A stretch of DNA of 61,872 bases, the filler included. It is 10 parts of 10 records of this genome, joined end to end, with 100 filler letters (N's around TTAATTAATTAA, not from the genome) between each part and the next. Parts side by side here need not be neighbours in the genome. Positions count along the whole stretch, not along the records: positions 41,106 to 44,886 come from SRR7504441_4288; positions 44,987 to 54,324 come from SRR7504441_4291; 8 more parts are not named here. One strand, 5' to 3'. The notes beneath the pieces are model-generated. The model saw only the letters and a list, made by a program, of their open reading frames with translations. It was not told the origin of the DNA and searched no databases. This document shows, in pieces, positions 42,668 through 53,000 of this stretch (position 1 is the first letter of the stretch; the number at the start of each line of letters is the position of its first letter). A program made the position numbers and the translations under genes.

Positions 42668-44722
42668 TCACTCGAATGCCGGGAAAATCGGCGTGTCCAG
42701 CCCTTCGTATCGCGCTTTCAACTGCAAAGCTAGGAACAAAGAATGTTGCCGACTCTGGTGCAGATTACCACCATGGCACCATAGATTCTTTTGCTTGGTC
42801 GGTTTCCACATGTTCCGGAGCTCTCCTTCCCACGGCCCGGGGTCCTTCTTTTCACCCGAGCCCAGACCCCAGACTCTCCCAACTTTCTGCTTGGTCTGCT
42901 CGTCAATCAGCGCTCCGATCCACTCGTTCATGTTCCCGTAGCCAGTCGCGCAGATCACCTGACGACTGGGAATTAATTATCAATCTCGCGGTATGAATCA
43001 CCAGATCCGCTTCGAGCACTTCGCCAGAGCTCAGCTCGACAGCTCTCTCACGTAACCTAGCCACCTCCACTCCAGCCTTAAGCGCGATCTGGCCACTGGC
43101 GACCAGCTCACAGCAGCCGACATCAATATAGTAGCCAGAGCCACGCCGGAGATACTTGTTGAACAGCCCGGACCCATCGAATCCGTCATCGAGCATGAAC
43201 CCGCGCTCTGCCAGCCGATCGAGAATATCGCGATCTTGCTCGTGGAGCAGCGCGACTGCGGGCTTGTGCACCTCGGGCAACATCTTGAAGGGAATTCCAC
43301 TGAAGGTCAGGTCGGCTGTGTTTGTGTCGATGCCTTGACTCACGGCCGATGCGGAGTAGAGCGGCGCCATCAGTGTGGTCAAGAGCGCATCTGAGCTGAC
43401 AATGCTAGTTGAAGACCTCTGGAGCATAGTGACGTGCCAGCCTGCCACGTGCAGCTCCTCCGCAATGTCGTGTGCCGAGTTGTTAGCACCAACAACAACA
43501 GCTTTCTTGCCAGACGCACCGTCATCTGTGCCCTTGAACTGTGACGAATGAGACAGGACACCGGTGTACTGCTCCTGGCCTTCAAAGCTGGGCATGTTGG
43601 GGAATCCAGCCATTCCTGTAGCAAACACCAGCTGAGTCGCCTGGATGGTGGTCGGTGCCCCATCCCTGATGACCTCCACACTCCACTTTGCAGCAGCCTC
43701 ATCGAAGGTGGCCTTCTTACACTCCGCATTGCTCCAGTAATTGACCTGCATCATTCCCTAGTTAAGCAAGTCTACCGGCCGATTTTAGACAAATGGAGGA
43801 CGGTCATATCGTAATCAAGCAATAATTTCCTGACCTGCATTACCCGAGTGTACATTTCCATCCAGTCGCCAAGCATGTCTTTCGGAGTATACACAGGCCA
43901 ATTTTCCGGAAAAGGCATATACGGGAAGTGATCATACCAGACTGGGTCGTGTAGCACCAACGACTTGTACCGACTCCGCCAGGCGTCCCCAGGCCTCTCC
44001 TGCTTGTCCAGCACGATATGTGGGATCTCCATCTGCTGAAGTCGGGCGCCGAGCATGATTCCGCACTGTCCTCCTCCGATCACCACCACGTACGGGTCGA
44101 CTGCACTGCCGATCTCTGACGTCTCCTTGACCCGCCTCTCCTTCCAACTCTCAGCCGGCCGGCCTGATCTCGGGGCCGACCAATGTCCGGGCACTCCGCT
44201 GACCCCCGGCTGATACCCGTGCGGCCTGCTATCGTCACTCTTCTCCTCAAAACCTTTGAGCTGCTGCGCTGCAGTCATCAGCGTACTGGCGCGGCCATCC
44301 GCCCCAACCCTCACATACCCTCGTCCCCGGAAAAGCCGATTCTCGAAGCTGAAGTGCCCTTCGGCCTGGTGGTCACACCCTTTGTGCGGGAGCCACGTGC
44401 CTTCCACAGGCTCATTGCCCGGCACAGTGCTCTCGAGCGCTCGCCTGATGTCCGACTGGCCCTCGAATGTGTGGATGTTCCAGGTAAAGCTCACCAGGTC
44501 CCGCCAGTACACTCCCTGCTCGCCCGGGGCAAGCAGCGCCACGGCGCCGTCAAAGTCACCCGCGCTGAGACAGGCTTCGTACGCACGCAGCCAGCCGGCC
44601 ACTGTGTTCACTCCGGAGGGCTCCGGAGTCCGCGGGACCTGGGCCTTGAGGGCGGCATTCTCGGCCGCCAGCTTCTCGTTCTGCGCCTGGAGCTCCTCCC
44701 ACAACCATTGGGGCGTCGCCAT
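42668..44722 (-). CDS. Flavin-containing monooxygenase of the bacterial type II FMO subgroup with an N-terminal extension, 2 introns
   Basis: YWRDLVSFTWNIHTFEG, VVIGGGQCG (FAD), WRSRYKSLVLHDPVWYDH, LVFATG, YTGVLSHSSQF (FxGxxxHxxxF-like), VVVGANNSAHDI, RRGSGYYIDVG, CATGY, WEGELRNMW; introns 43746-43834 and 42959-43001. Confidence 0.92.
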
Positions 44723-44886
44723 GAGATTGGCAGTTGACAGTTGGTCGCTATGGCGCTTGCCCCTTCCGCTCGCTATCAAATGGCGCTGTGGGTACGAGTA
44801 AGACGCGCCCCATGAGTACTGACAACTTGCTCGTGGGGGGGACACCCCCCTCATCACATTGAGATTGCTACGGGGGGGGGGGGGGG

Positions 44887-44986
44887 NNNNNNNNNNNNNN
44901 NNNNNNNNNNNNNNNNNNNNNNNNNNNNNNTTAATTAATTAANNNNNNNNNNNNNNNNNNNNNNNNNNNNNNNNNNNNNNNNNNNN
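44887..44986. other. Artificial contig linker
   Basis: N44-TTAATTAATTAA-N44. Confidence 0.98.
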
Positions 44987-46668
44987 TAGCGTCGAATCCC
45001 AGTCACTTTGCCGTTGAGCGGCCGAGCCCAGCGGTCCTCTCGCGAGCTGAGCGACTGCGACAGCTGTGAGGCTCTGTCCATCTCATTCATCTCAAACGGG
45101 GCAGTCGGCTCCTGCTCCTCTTCGAAGCTGATCCCCTCGACCGTGCCCATCTCCATCGCAAACTGCTCCACCTCGAGGGCAGCTTGCTTGATCTGCAGCT
45201 GGTCGCACAGCTCGCGGCGCCGGACCTCTTGCTCGTTCAGCTGCTCGTTTAGGTTAGTCGCAGCCCGGCTGAGCTTGCGGTCCAGCACGCCAAGGTTTGT
45301 CTCCTCGGCCTGCAGCGCGTCCTGAGCCGTGTCCCAGTATTGGACCGGCCGCCTCTCCCTGTCGAACAGCCGCCGAGTGCACAGCTCGAGCCGCCGCTTG
45401 TTCTCACTTTGCTCGGACTCAAGCCTCTCAAGAGTGTCGGCCATCTTATTCATTTGACTCACAGTGGTGCTTAGCTCGCTATTCAGCTTGGCTATGAGCT
45501 TCTGCAGGCGGACCACTCGATTCGAAAACTGCTTATCCACAATGTTTTCAAACTGCCCGCCAGTCAAGCCCGCGCCTGCTGCCGGCAGCGCACCCGCTGC
45601 AGATCCAGGCTGCCAGTGATCATACTCTTCATCCGCTTCCGGAGCCTTGAACTCGCGCCAGCACACATGTCCACCCAGCGAGCCAGCTCGACCACAGTAT
45701 CATCTTTGGTCAGATCGCCCTGCTGTGCCCGTGTGGACGGCCAGAAATTGTCTACAGGGGTGGCAGTGGGGCACGCATAGAAAACAGTGTCTTCGTCAGG
45801 GTCCTGCCACGCAGCCTCCACGTGCTCAGGTATGAAAACGTGGCGCCGCAGCTTTGGCCGCCTATGCGCTGGGTTCCTCGAGAGCGCCGTGGTGTCTGCG
45901 GCCAAAGCGTCGCGCTTGAATGCGATCTCGTTCTCGATTTGCTCGCGAGCCGCCTCGAGCACGCTGCAAGCCGGGCTCAGCCGGGCTGCCCGTGCAGAGC
46001 TCCACACCGGACTCGTTCCTCGCTCAAGAACAGCGCTCTCTCCAAGTGTGGATGGGCCACGGCCGCATGGTTGTACTGGCCCTGGGTGAGTCCGGACCAT
46101 CGGCCGGCTGCCTGTTTATGCAGGGCGGTATGGAGCGCATCCTCGCAGATCTCGGAGGCCGGCATGGTCAGCCGCATCTCGATCCGACGCTTCAAGAAAT
46201 CGAGGCTGCACTGCCCCCCGCCGGCTGGCCCGATCACGCGCGCGGGCCGGGGCACCGCCTTGGCGTGCTCGACCATCGAGGCTTGGAGGTGGCTCTGAGC
46301 CCTTTGTTCGGCGACCACAATCTGACCCACTAGGCGCTGCTTTTTGAGTAGCGTGTCCAAGTGCGCTCGCAGCCGGGTCTGGTTGCGCTGCAACTCACTG
46401 CCCGCAGAGAGGTGAGCAGGCCGGGGCGGGGGCGGGGCTACTGCTCGGCGCGAGACATGACGATCGATTGGTGCTCTCTGGACTGACAGCACTGGCGCCG
46501 GACCGCGCGGATCAGCTGCTGAGCCTCGCTGTTGGCCTGCTGGGCCGAGACCAGCGCGTCTCTGCCGGCCTGCATCCTCGCACTTGGGCTTTTGAGGCCA
46601 ACCGCGGTGAGCTGTACCGGCCAAGCGCCAACGGAAGCGAAGCGCCCGGAGCAAACCTCCAGCACCAT
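44987..46668 (-). CDS. Tektin-like axonemal coiled-coil protein (3' truncated, multi-intron)
   Basis: Two halves, each with a tektin-type motif (RIEMRLTMPASEICEDALHTAL; LELCTRRLFDRERRPVQYWDTAQDAL) followed by EIAFKRDALAAD / QLQIKQAALEVE. Confidence 0.65.
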
Positions 46669-46742
46669 ATGGCCGCACTGGCAATTTAGGTCGGCGCCGA
46701 GGCTTGCGGGTGGGCTGACGGCGGGGGGCAGTTTGCACGTGT

Positions 46743-47354
46743 ATGGGCAGGATCTGGATGGAATACGAAACTGAAGAGGGTGAACACGGCTACCGGCGGC
46801 TCAAGGGAGGCGCCTTGACGATCGTAGACCCGAGTGAGCGTCCCCGCACCGCCCCCCGCCCCGCCAGCCTGCTCACGGCGCAAGATTAGCGGCTCGGGCC
46901 GCCCGTAGTAGCACCTGTGTCCCCGCACACCTGTCCCCCGGGCCGCAACTCGAGCCCTGGCGTGCCCCCGCGGGTGGCCCTGGAAACGGGTGTAGGTGAA
47001 CTGCCCGAGGAAGTGCGCAAGGCCAAGCTTGCTGAGCTCAACGCGTTCAAGTGCGATATTGACAGCCCAGCTGAGAGCAACAGCACCACTGACGAGATCC
47101 AGACATCTTACGACGGCTTCGTATGGAGTAACACAATTCCGGATGAAGACGTTCCGACCCCCAATAGCATCAGCAGCAGCCCAGCCATCCCGAGCTTCGT
47201 GCCCAACGTTACCGCCAAGCCGTTTGTGCCCAACGCGTCCGCCGCACCGTTTGTGCCCGGGAATGCGACAGCGATGCAGCCGCAACCTGTGGAGCCGCAA
47301 GCTGCGGAGCCTGAGGCCGGTGTAGCGACCGAGCCAGCGGAGGAGGATGTATGA
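46743..47354 (+). CDS. Small protein with overlapping PAM2 (PABP-interacting) motifs; 5' exons uncertain
   Basis: SFVPNVTAKPFVPNASAAPFVPG resembles the eRF3-type tandem PAM2; stop at 47354; the start needs an unresolved intron across the TAG near 46887. Confidence 0.55.
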
Positions 47355-47589
47355 GCGGCAAGCCGAGGCGCAAGTTTGAATAGAAACTGCTGAACCAGCC
47401 TTTGAGTGAAGACCACGGCGTATTTGAGGCAATTACGTATTTCACGTGCTTAGAGAAAACAATTCAAAGCAAAGCGTCAGTGAAAGTACATGTACCCCCG
47501 TGCTAACAATAAAAAGGTTGGTAGCAAAATTTATCTTGCCTAGCGATAAAAATTAATCCTGTCGATGAACAAGACCTCTAATGTAGATG

Positions 47590-47654
47590 GAACGCTCTCT
47601 CTGCACCTCGAGTCGACCTCTGGCCGCTTCCTCTTAGCACGTCATTCGACGCTC
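47590..47654 (-). promoter_or_regulatory. Candidate eukaryotic SECIS element (form 2) in the SELENOK 3' UTR
   Basis: Minus strand reads GAGCGUCGA-AUGAC-GUGCUAAGAGG-AA-G-CGGCC-AGA-GGUCG-A-CUCGAGGUGC-AGAG-AGAGCGUUC: AUGA/GA core, 11 nt to an unpaired AA, an apical ministem and a lower helix. Confidence 0.7.
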
Positions 47655-47797
47655 GCGATTGAATCCATCTGCCGTTTGTTGCAACGGCAGTCCCCAGTCT
47701 CCGGATATGACCTGCCGCGGCTTGGTCAGCACAGCTCAGAGTAGGACTCTATTCTATTCTATTGGGCCAGGGTGGGAACGCACTCACCAGGGGGTAC

Positions 47798-48430
47798 TTA
47801 GCCTCACCCGCCGCCCACAGGCATGTCCGTGTAGTCCGCCGGTCCAGAGCCCAGCCTGCGCCCCAGGCTGTCACTCATAGGTCCAAGCTGCCCGCGAAGC
47901 GAGGACACAGGCTTAGGCATTGCACAGAATGAGCGCAAACTCACCGGCGCCCGCCACCGCCGCCGCCGCCGCCGAATCCTCCTGCACCGACCATCAGCCC
48001 GACCGAGCACACCGACAAACACCTGGCCGCGGTCGGTTGTTGTTAGCGCCGCCCTGCCTCGGCGGAGGCTTATCCTGGCTGCCAGGCTGCCCTCCGTTCA
48101 GAACCAGGCAAGGAGGGGTGTGGCACCAGGAGGGAAGAGAAGCTGTGGAGAGACGAGCACACATGCCCCACCCGGTGAGCACGCCGTTGCAGCAGGCGAG
48201 AAGTTAGGGGGGCGGGTACAGGGGGCCACCAGCAGGGTCTGAATGGGGGTCTGAACCATCCCACCGAAACAACCACCCACAGGCGCGGTGTGGTAGGGGT
48301 GGGACCAGAGGAGGGGGGGCACGTACAAGAGCGTGACTAGGTTGACAAGCCACCAAAAGAGCCGCAGCGGCAAATCGGTCAGCGACACCGGGCGCTGCCC
48401 ACCAACTTGGCCCCCACTGACGTACGCCAT
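47798..48430 (-). CDS. SELENOK: Selenoprotein K (SelK/SelG family), 4 coding introns, UGA-Sec at 47804-47806
   Basis: Spliced: MAYVSGGQVGGQRPVSLTDLPLRLFWWLVNLVTLFFSSLLPGSQDKPPPRQGGANNNRPRPGGFGGGGGGGRRLGSGPADYTDMPVGGG-TGA-GGC-TAA; the MxYVSxGQV start, single TM, G/P/R-rich tail and GGUG terminus are family hallmarks. Confidence 0.88.
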
Positions 48431-48721
48431 GACAATGGCAAGATCAGGCAGCAATGGCGGTATGAGTGAGTCGATGCGCCCGAGCTCTCTATTACAACTA
48501 TATTACAACACCAGTATTAATAGTAAACACCAGTATTAGGAAACGCTTTATCGCCTCGTTCCCTCGGCCAGCCGATAGATTGGGACTTTGTTGGGATTGT
48601 TTACTCATCTAGTACTCGTACGAATATGAATCTTTCATTGCTTGTTTTATGGTACAAATTCCAACCATGCCTCGTGCTATGCTTAACTTAGACGCATCTC
48701 CCCGCGCACTGCCTAGCCGAC

Positions 48722-49890
48722 TCATGTGAAGTAGTCGGGCAGCTTGACTTGAGTCTGTGCCGACATCTGGGACTCGACCTCTTCAAAAACTGTAAACTTG
48801 TGCTTCAGCTCACTGTCAAACTCCATGACGGAGGCCACATTGCCGCAGCGGTAGCAGTAGTTGGGCGCCGACCATACCGTCACCAGATTCTGCCCCCGCG
48901 GGCTCAGCCCGTCCCCAGACTAGCGTGGCAACACCTGTTTCGGAAAGTGGAACTTGTACCCTTCTTGCACTAGCTGATGGGCCCGGCAGATGAGCGACAG
49001 ATTGTTGATCCGGTTGAACTCGTCAGTCACAGCATCGCCAAACAGCCAGCCCGCGCCCCGGGGGCTGACCGCCCATGTCTTGCAGTCCTCCGGATCCGAC
49101 CAGACCAAGTCACAGAACTTTCCTTCATGCGGAATCTCCTTCCGCCGGTCAATGGTACGGATCTGACCGGCCCGCTCGCACCGGCGGCCGGGTCTGCCAC
49201 ACCTGATCGATCGTGCGGATTTCTGGCGAGAGCCCGCCGTGCACACACAAGACTTCCCCGTTGATGACCTGCCATCTGGTCCTGATACAGCCACGGGGCG
49301 CATCAGACCGCCGCTAGCGAGAGGTAATCGAACACGTCGGTGCAGTACTTCCAGGCATTGCCGTTGCCGTACTTGCGGTGGCACTCGTCGTAGAAACCGT
49401 AGACCTGGGTGATCTGACGGCACTCGTGGTTCCCTCGGAGCAACGTCATGTGCGAAGGGTACCTGCCAGGCGGATCAGCCGGTGGGGTTGGGGGGTTGGT
49501 CGGACCGAGCTTTAAGTAGCATCAGCAGCGTGAAGACCTCGAGGCTATTGTACCCGCGGTCAACGTAATCACCCTGCGACCGGGAGTCGCCCTGGCCCGA
49601 GAGCGGGGGGGGGGGGCACCATGAAGATGTAATTTGTGTTGGGCAGGTGCCCGCCGACGTTGAACAGCTCAATCAGGTCATGGAACTGGCCGTGGATGTC
49701 CCCGCAGACGGTGACCGGCGCAGGGACGGGCTGGACGTTCGACTCCTCCACCAGGATCTCCTTCACCTGCCGCGGGCTCGGGCGCCGGTCGGCCGGGCGG
49801 GCAGGTGACGTATTCGCTAAGCTTCTTGAGCTCATCCTCCTCCAGGTGGGTCGCGGTCTTGACCTTTTCGATCCATGCGTCCAAATCCAT
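48722..49890 (-). CDS. PPP6C: Ser/Thr protein phosphatase 6 catalytic subunit (PP6/Sit4), 6 introns of 40-46 nt
   Basis: [27 protein letters not shown]6-type [54 protein letters not shown]. Confidence 0.93.
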
Positions 49891-50049
49891 GCTGCACCGA
49901 GTGGCTCCCACGCCTCCCACGCGAATTCGAGCACTTCGCAAGCTTCGCTTCCGTTGCCAGTGTTCGCCCCAGGATAGCCACAGGCTCAAGGCCGGGGCGC
50001 GGGTGATGAACAGGAGTACGTGCGGAGTAGCGCGGGCTGCTGGGCCGAG

Positions 50050-53000
50050 ATGAACAAGGGTGCGGGGAGCCCAGTGTCGCCGCAGCGTGGGCTGCGCCGG
50101 AGCCCCCCGCCTGCCGGTAGCGGTGCTCCCGGTAGCCCTAAAACCCCGACCGTGCGTGGTGCGCCCAAGATCGGCGACCTCAGGCGGCACTCGCCCGGGC
50201 TGTCGCCGCAGCGTGGGCAGCGCCTGAGCCCGTCGCCACTGGATACAGTAGCCCGGCTGCAGTGCACCAAGGCCCGGCTGTCCTGGCAGCCCGGGTGGCC
50301 TGGCCCGCAGTTGTCGGCTCTCGGACCCGCTGGTGGGTCGTTGCCCCGCGCCGGAACGCCGCTGATCGAGACGCTTAGCCAGACAGCCGCACTGTGGCGA
50401 CGCTCCGAGGAGGCCGGTCGGTCTGAGATTTGGTCCGCACCAGACGGATGGGATGAGTCTGACCGGATCTGGTCACTGCCGCTCCACGAGCCGGTCAGAG
50501 AGCAGACTCCGGTGGCCAGGCCAAGCAGCGACGAGATTTGGCGGAGTGACTCCGTGGACGATGAGCCGTTGGACTGGTCGAAGGATCAGCTTAGCGAGAC
50601 TGGGCTGCTGAGAGCCGTGCGACTGACTGCACCGCCACCGACCGCAATCCCGACAACAACTGTTAATGCAGTGCAGCTCTCAGGAGCATCGCTCCTCCGT
50701 GGTTCTGGTGCCACGCGTCAGCACCAGCTGATGGGGTCGCGGCCGCTAAGAGGGAAAAGCCACACCAAAGCAGACGCCAGGGAAGCTTCACGGTGTGTTG
50801 AACTTGCGTTACCGGTACAGCATCAAATGCACAAAGCCTCTGCCACGGTCCCGCGTGTCAACAGAGACATGTCGTCACGGGCACAAAAGGCTTCCAAACA
50901 AAAAACAGCGTTCACTGCGGACAAACCAGAAATCAGCGAGGAGGGGGTGTTGTTAAAGACCAGGAAAGAGGAGTGCAGCACACGCGTGGCAGCAACTGCA
51001 GGGCGGTTGAAGGAGCTAGAAGGTCGGTTAGAGAGCGCGAAAGAGGAGCAAAAGGCCCAACTGGCAGGGCAGGATCGGGGTGTACAACAGTTGATCCGGG
51101 ATGAGTACGATTCGAGGCTGGCGACAGCAATGCAACGAGTGCATGAGCTCAAAGCAGATTTACTGGAAATAGAACAGGACCGCAACACTGCACCAAGTGT
51201 GGCCGCTAGCATGCATGATAGGAGGAAACAAATAATCGATGAACAAGCTGTTGCTACCGCGCAGTATGAGAAAGTGAGGGCTCCCACACCAAAGAATGAG
51301 GGAGCTCATCACATCGTCCAACAGACCAAGCGACAAACTCCTAGTGTTGTTAGCTTTCAAGTGCCTGATTGTGCTAGACATGCCCGCTCGGTGAGTGCAA
51401 ACCAGCGCTTGTAGCTGATATGTCCTCCATGTTGAACCTTTTAACAGGTGGTCCAGCCGAGGCCGTGCCATGCTGCAACAAAGCTCTTCAAGACAAAGAC
51501 AAGGTCAAAGTCCAGAGGAGACGCCCCTGAGTCTCAAATGGAACTAATTGCTAATCAGGATGTGATCCGAGTTGCAGAATCGCAAAACCCAGAGCCAGAG
51601 CTGCCCAAGGCTTCCCTTGAGAGTATCCAGCATTTTGCACAGATCCTTGCTGCTGCTGACCATGAGCAGCAACGCAAGAAAGAAGCTTTTATGCAGGAAC
51701 AATGGTGGCTTGAAATGTTAGTCAAGAAACCCACTTATAAGGTGTCGAACGTTGAATAGCAGGAGTTTTTCTGATATATCTGCCTCTATGCAGGAGTCAG
51801 TGCAGTGTGAATGGCTAATTGCTGCTTTGTCTATGATCTACCTTGGAAATCCATACACACGCATGACAAGGGAAGTTAAAAAACGGCAGCGCGTCCTGGA
51901 TCAAGTATGCGGCCGCCTGTTTTGGCGAATGAGGTACTGATATTTGCAATAGGTCAACCGAGTCGTAGTGAGGAAGATGAAACAGCCCTTGACAGACGAA
52001 GAAAAGCGACATCACGAAGAAAGACTACAAAAGGCTAAGTCAGCGTTGGCTCAAGCCACGAAACAGCAGCAACAATGGAAGGAAGCTTTTCGGACAGGAA
52101 AAGTGCACGACTGTAGCACGCGGCTTTCTGATGTATCTGACCTCTTGTTTACTTTGCTTGATATCAAGAGCGACGAATGTTTGTCCAGAGCACAGATTGC
52201 AGCATTTCTGAAGGTCGTTGTATATAGAATGTTAAAATGCACTATGCTTGAGATGACTGTGTTTGCTGGAAATTATGATTGCTCGACTTGCAGGTGGTCT
52301 GGTTATACCGCGCAGCTCCCAGTGGAGTCTATGAGGTGTTAGCAGCAGCTACAAGGATTGAGAAGCAAATCAATGCCGCCTTTGGGAATGCAAAAATTGT
52401 CCTTCGCGAGGATTTTGTGGAATGGGCTGCTGAAGATCATATTGTCGTGTACTGGTAACTCCATTGCCTGTTAGGTCAAATTCCCTTTGTATATTGAGTT
52501 GTCCCCTGGCAGGCTTAATCAAGTGCGTTGTCGAGCTTTTGCTGCCTACTCGAATGCATTCTATGAACTCCAAAAGCAGCGCAAAATGGACTTGATCGGC
52601 TTGTCTAAGGCAATTGAACTGTCAAAAACTCACTGGGCCAACGACAAAAATGAGGAATCGGCTGATGAAGACGACGGTTTCTTTAAGATCCCAGACGAGG
52701 AGCTAGTATATGCGGGAGAGACTGGCAGCTTGGGTACCACTTTAGCATTTGAAGGCGGCAACACATACCTTATGAATGATGATGCTGATGGTGAAGAGCC
52801 CCTTGATTGTACCAGAGTTGGCACTGCTCAGTGGGAGTCCATTCCACAAGACCCTTGGGTCCAGGACTTGTTCAGCAGTTGGAATTATGATTCAGGGGAG
52901 CGTGAGATCTTTGGACATGTAAATCTTCTGGTCGCTATTCAGAACGATACATATGGAGAATTCAAATTAGATGAGCTGACAAAGAAGGAAATGAGGAAGG

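Noticed and set aside
42955-43003. Short (4-6 bp) direct repeats at many intron junctions as target-site duplications
   Set aside because: These are expected from the ordinary AG/GT proto-splice preference; only the 10-bp case was kept.
44872-44886. Poly-G runs at contig ends (also 61857-61872)
   Set aside because: They are typical assembly break points or sequencing artefacts, with no evidence of function.
48722-49890. Alternative genetic code or programmed frameshifting to explain fragmented ORFs
   Set aside because: Every break in this highly conserved gene is fixed by a 40-46 nt GT-AG intron, and TAA, TAG and TGA all end genes in the window.
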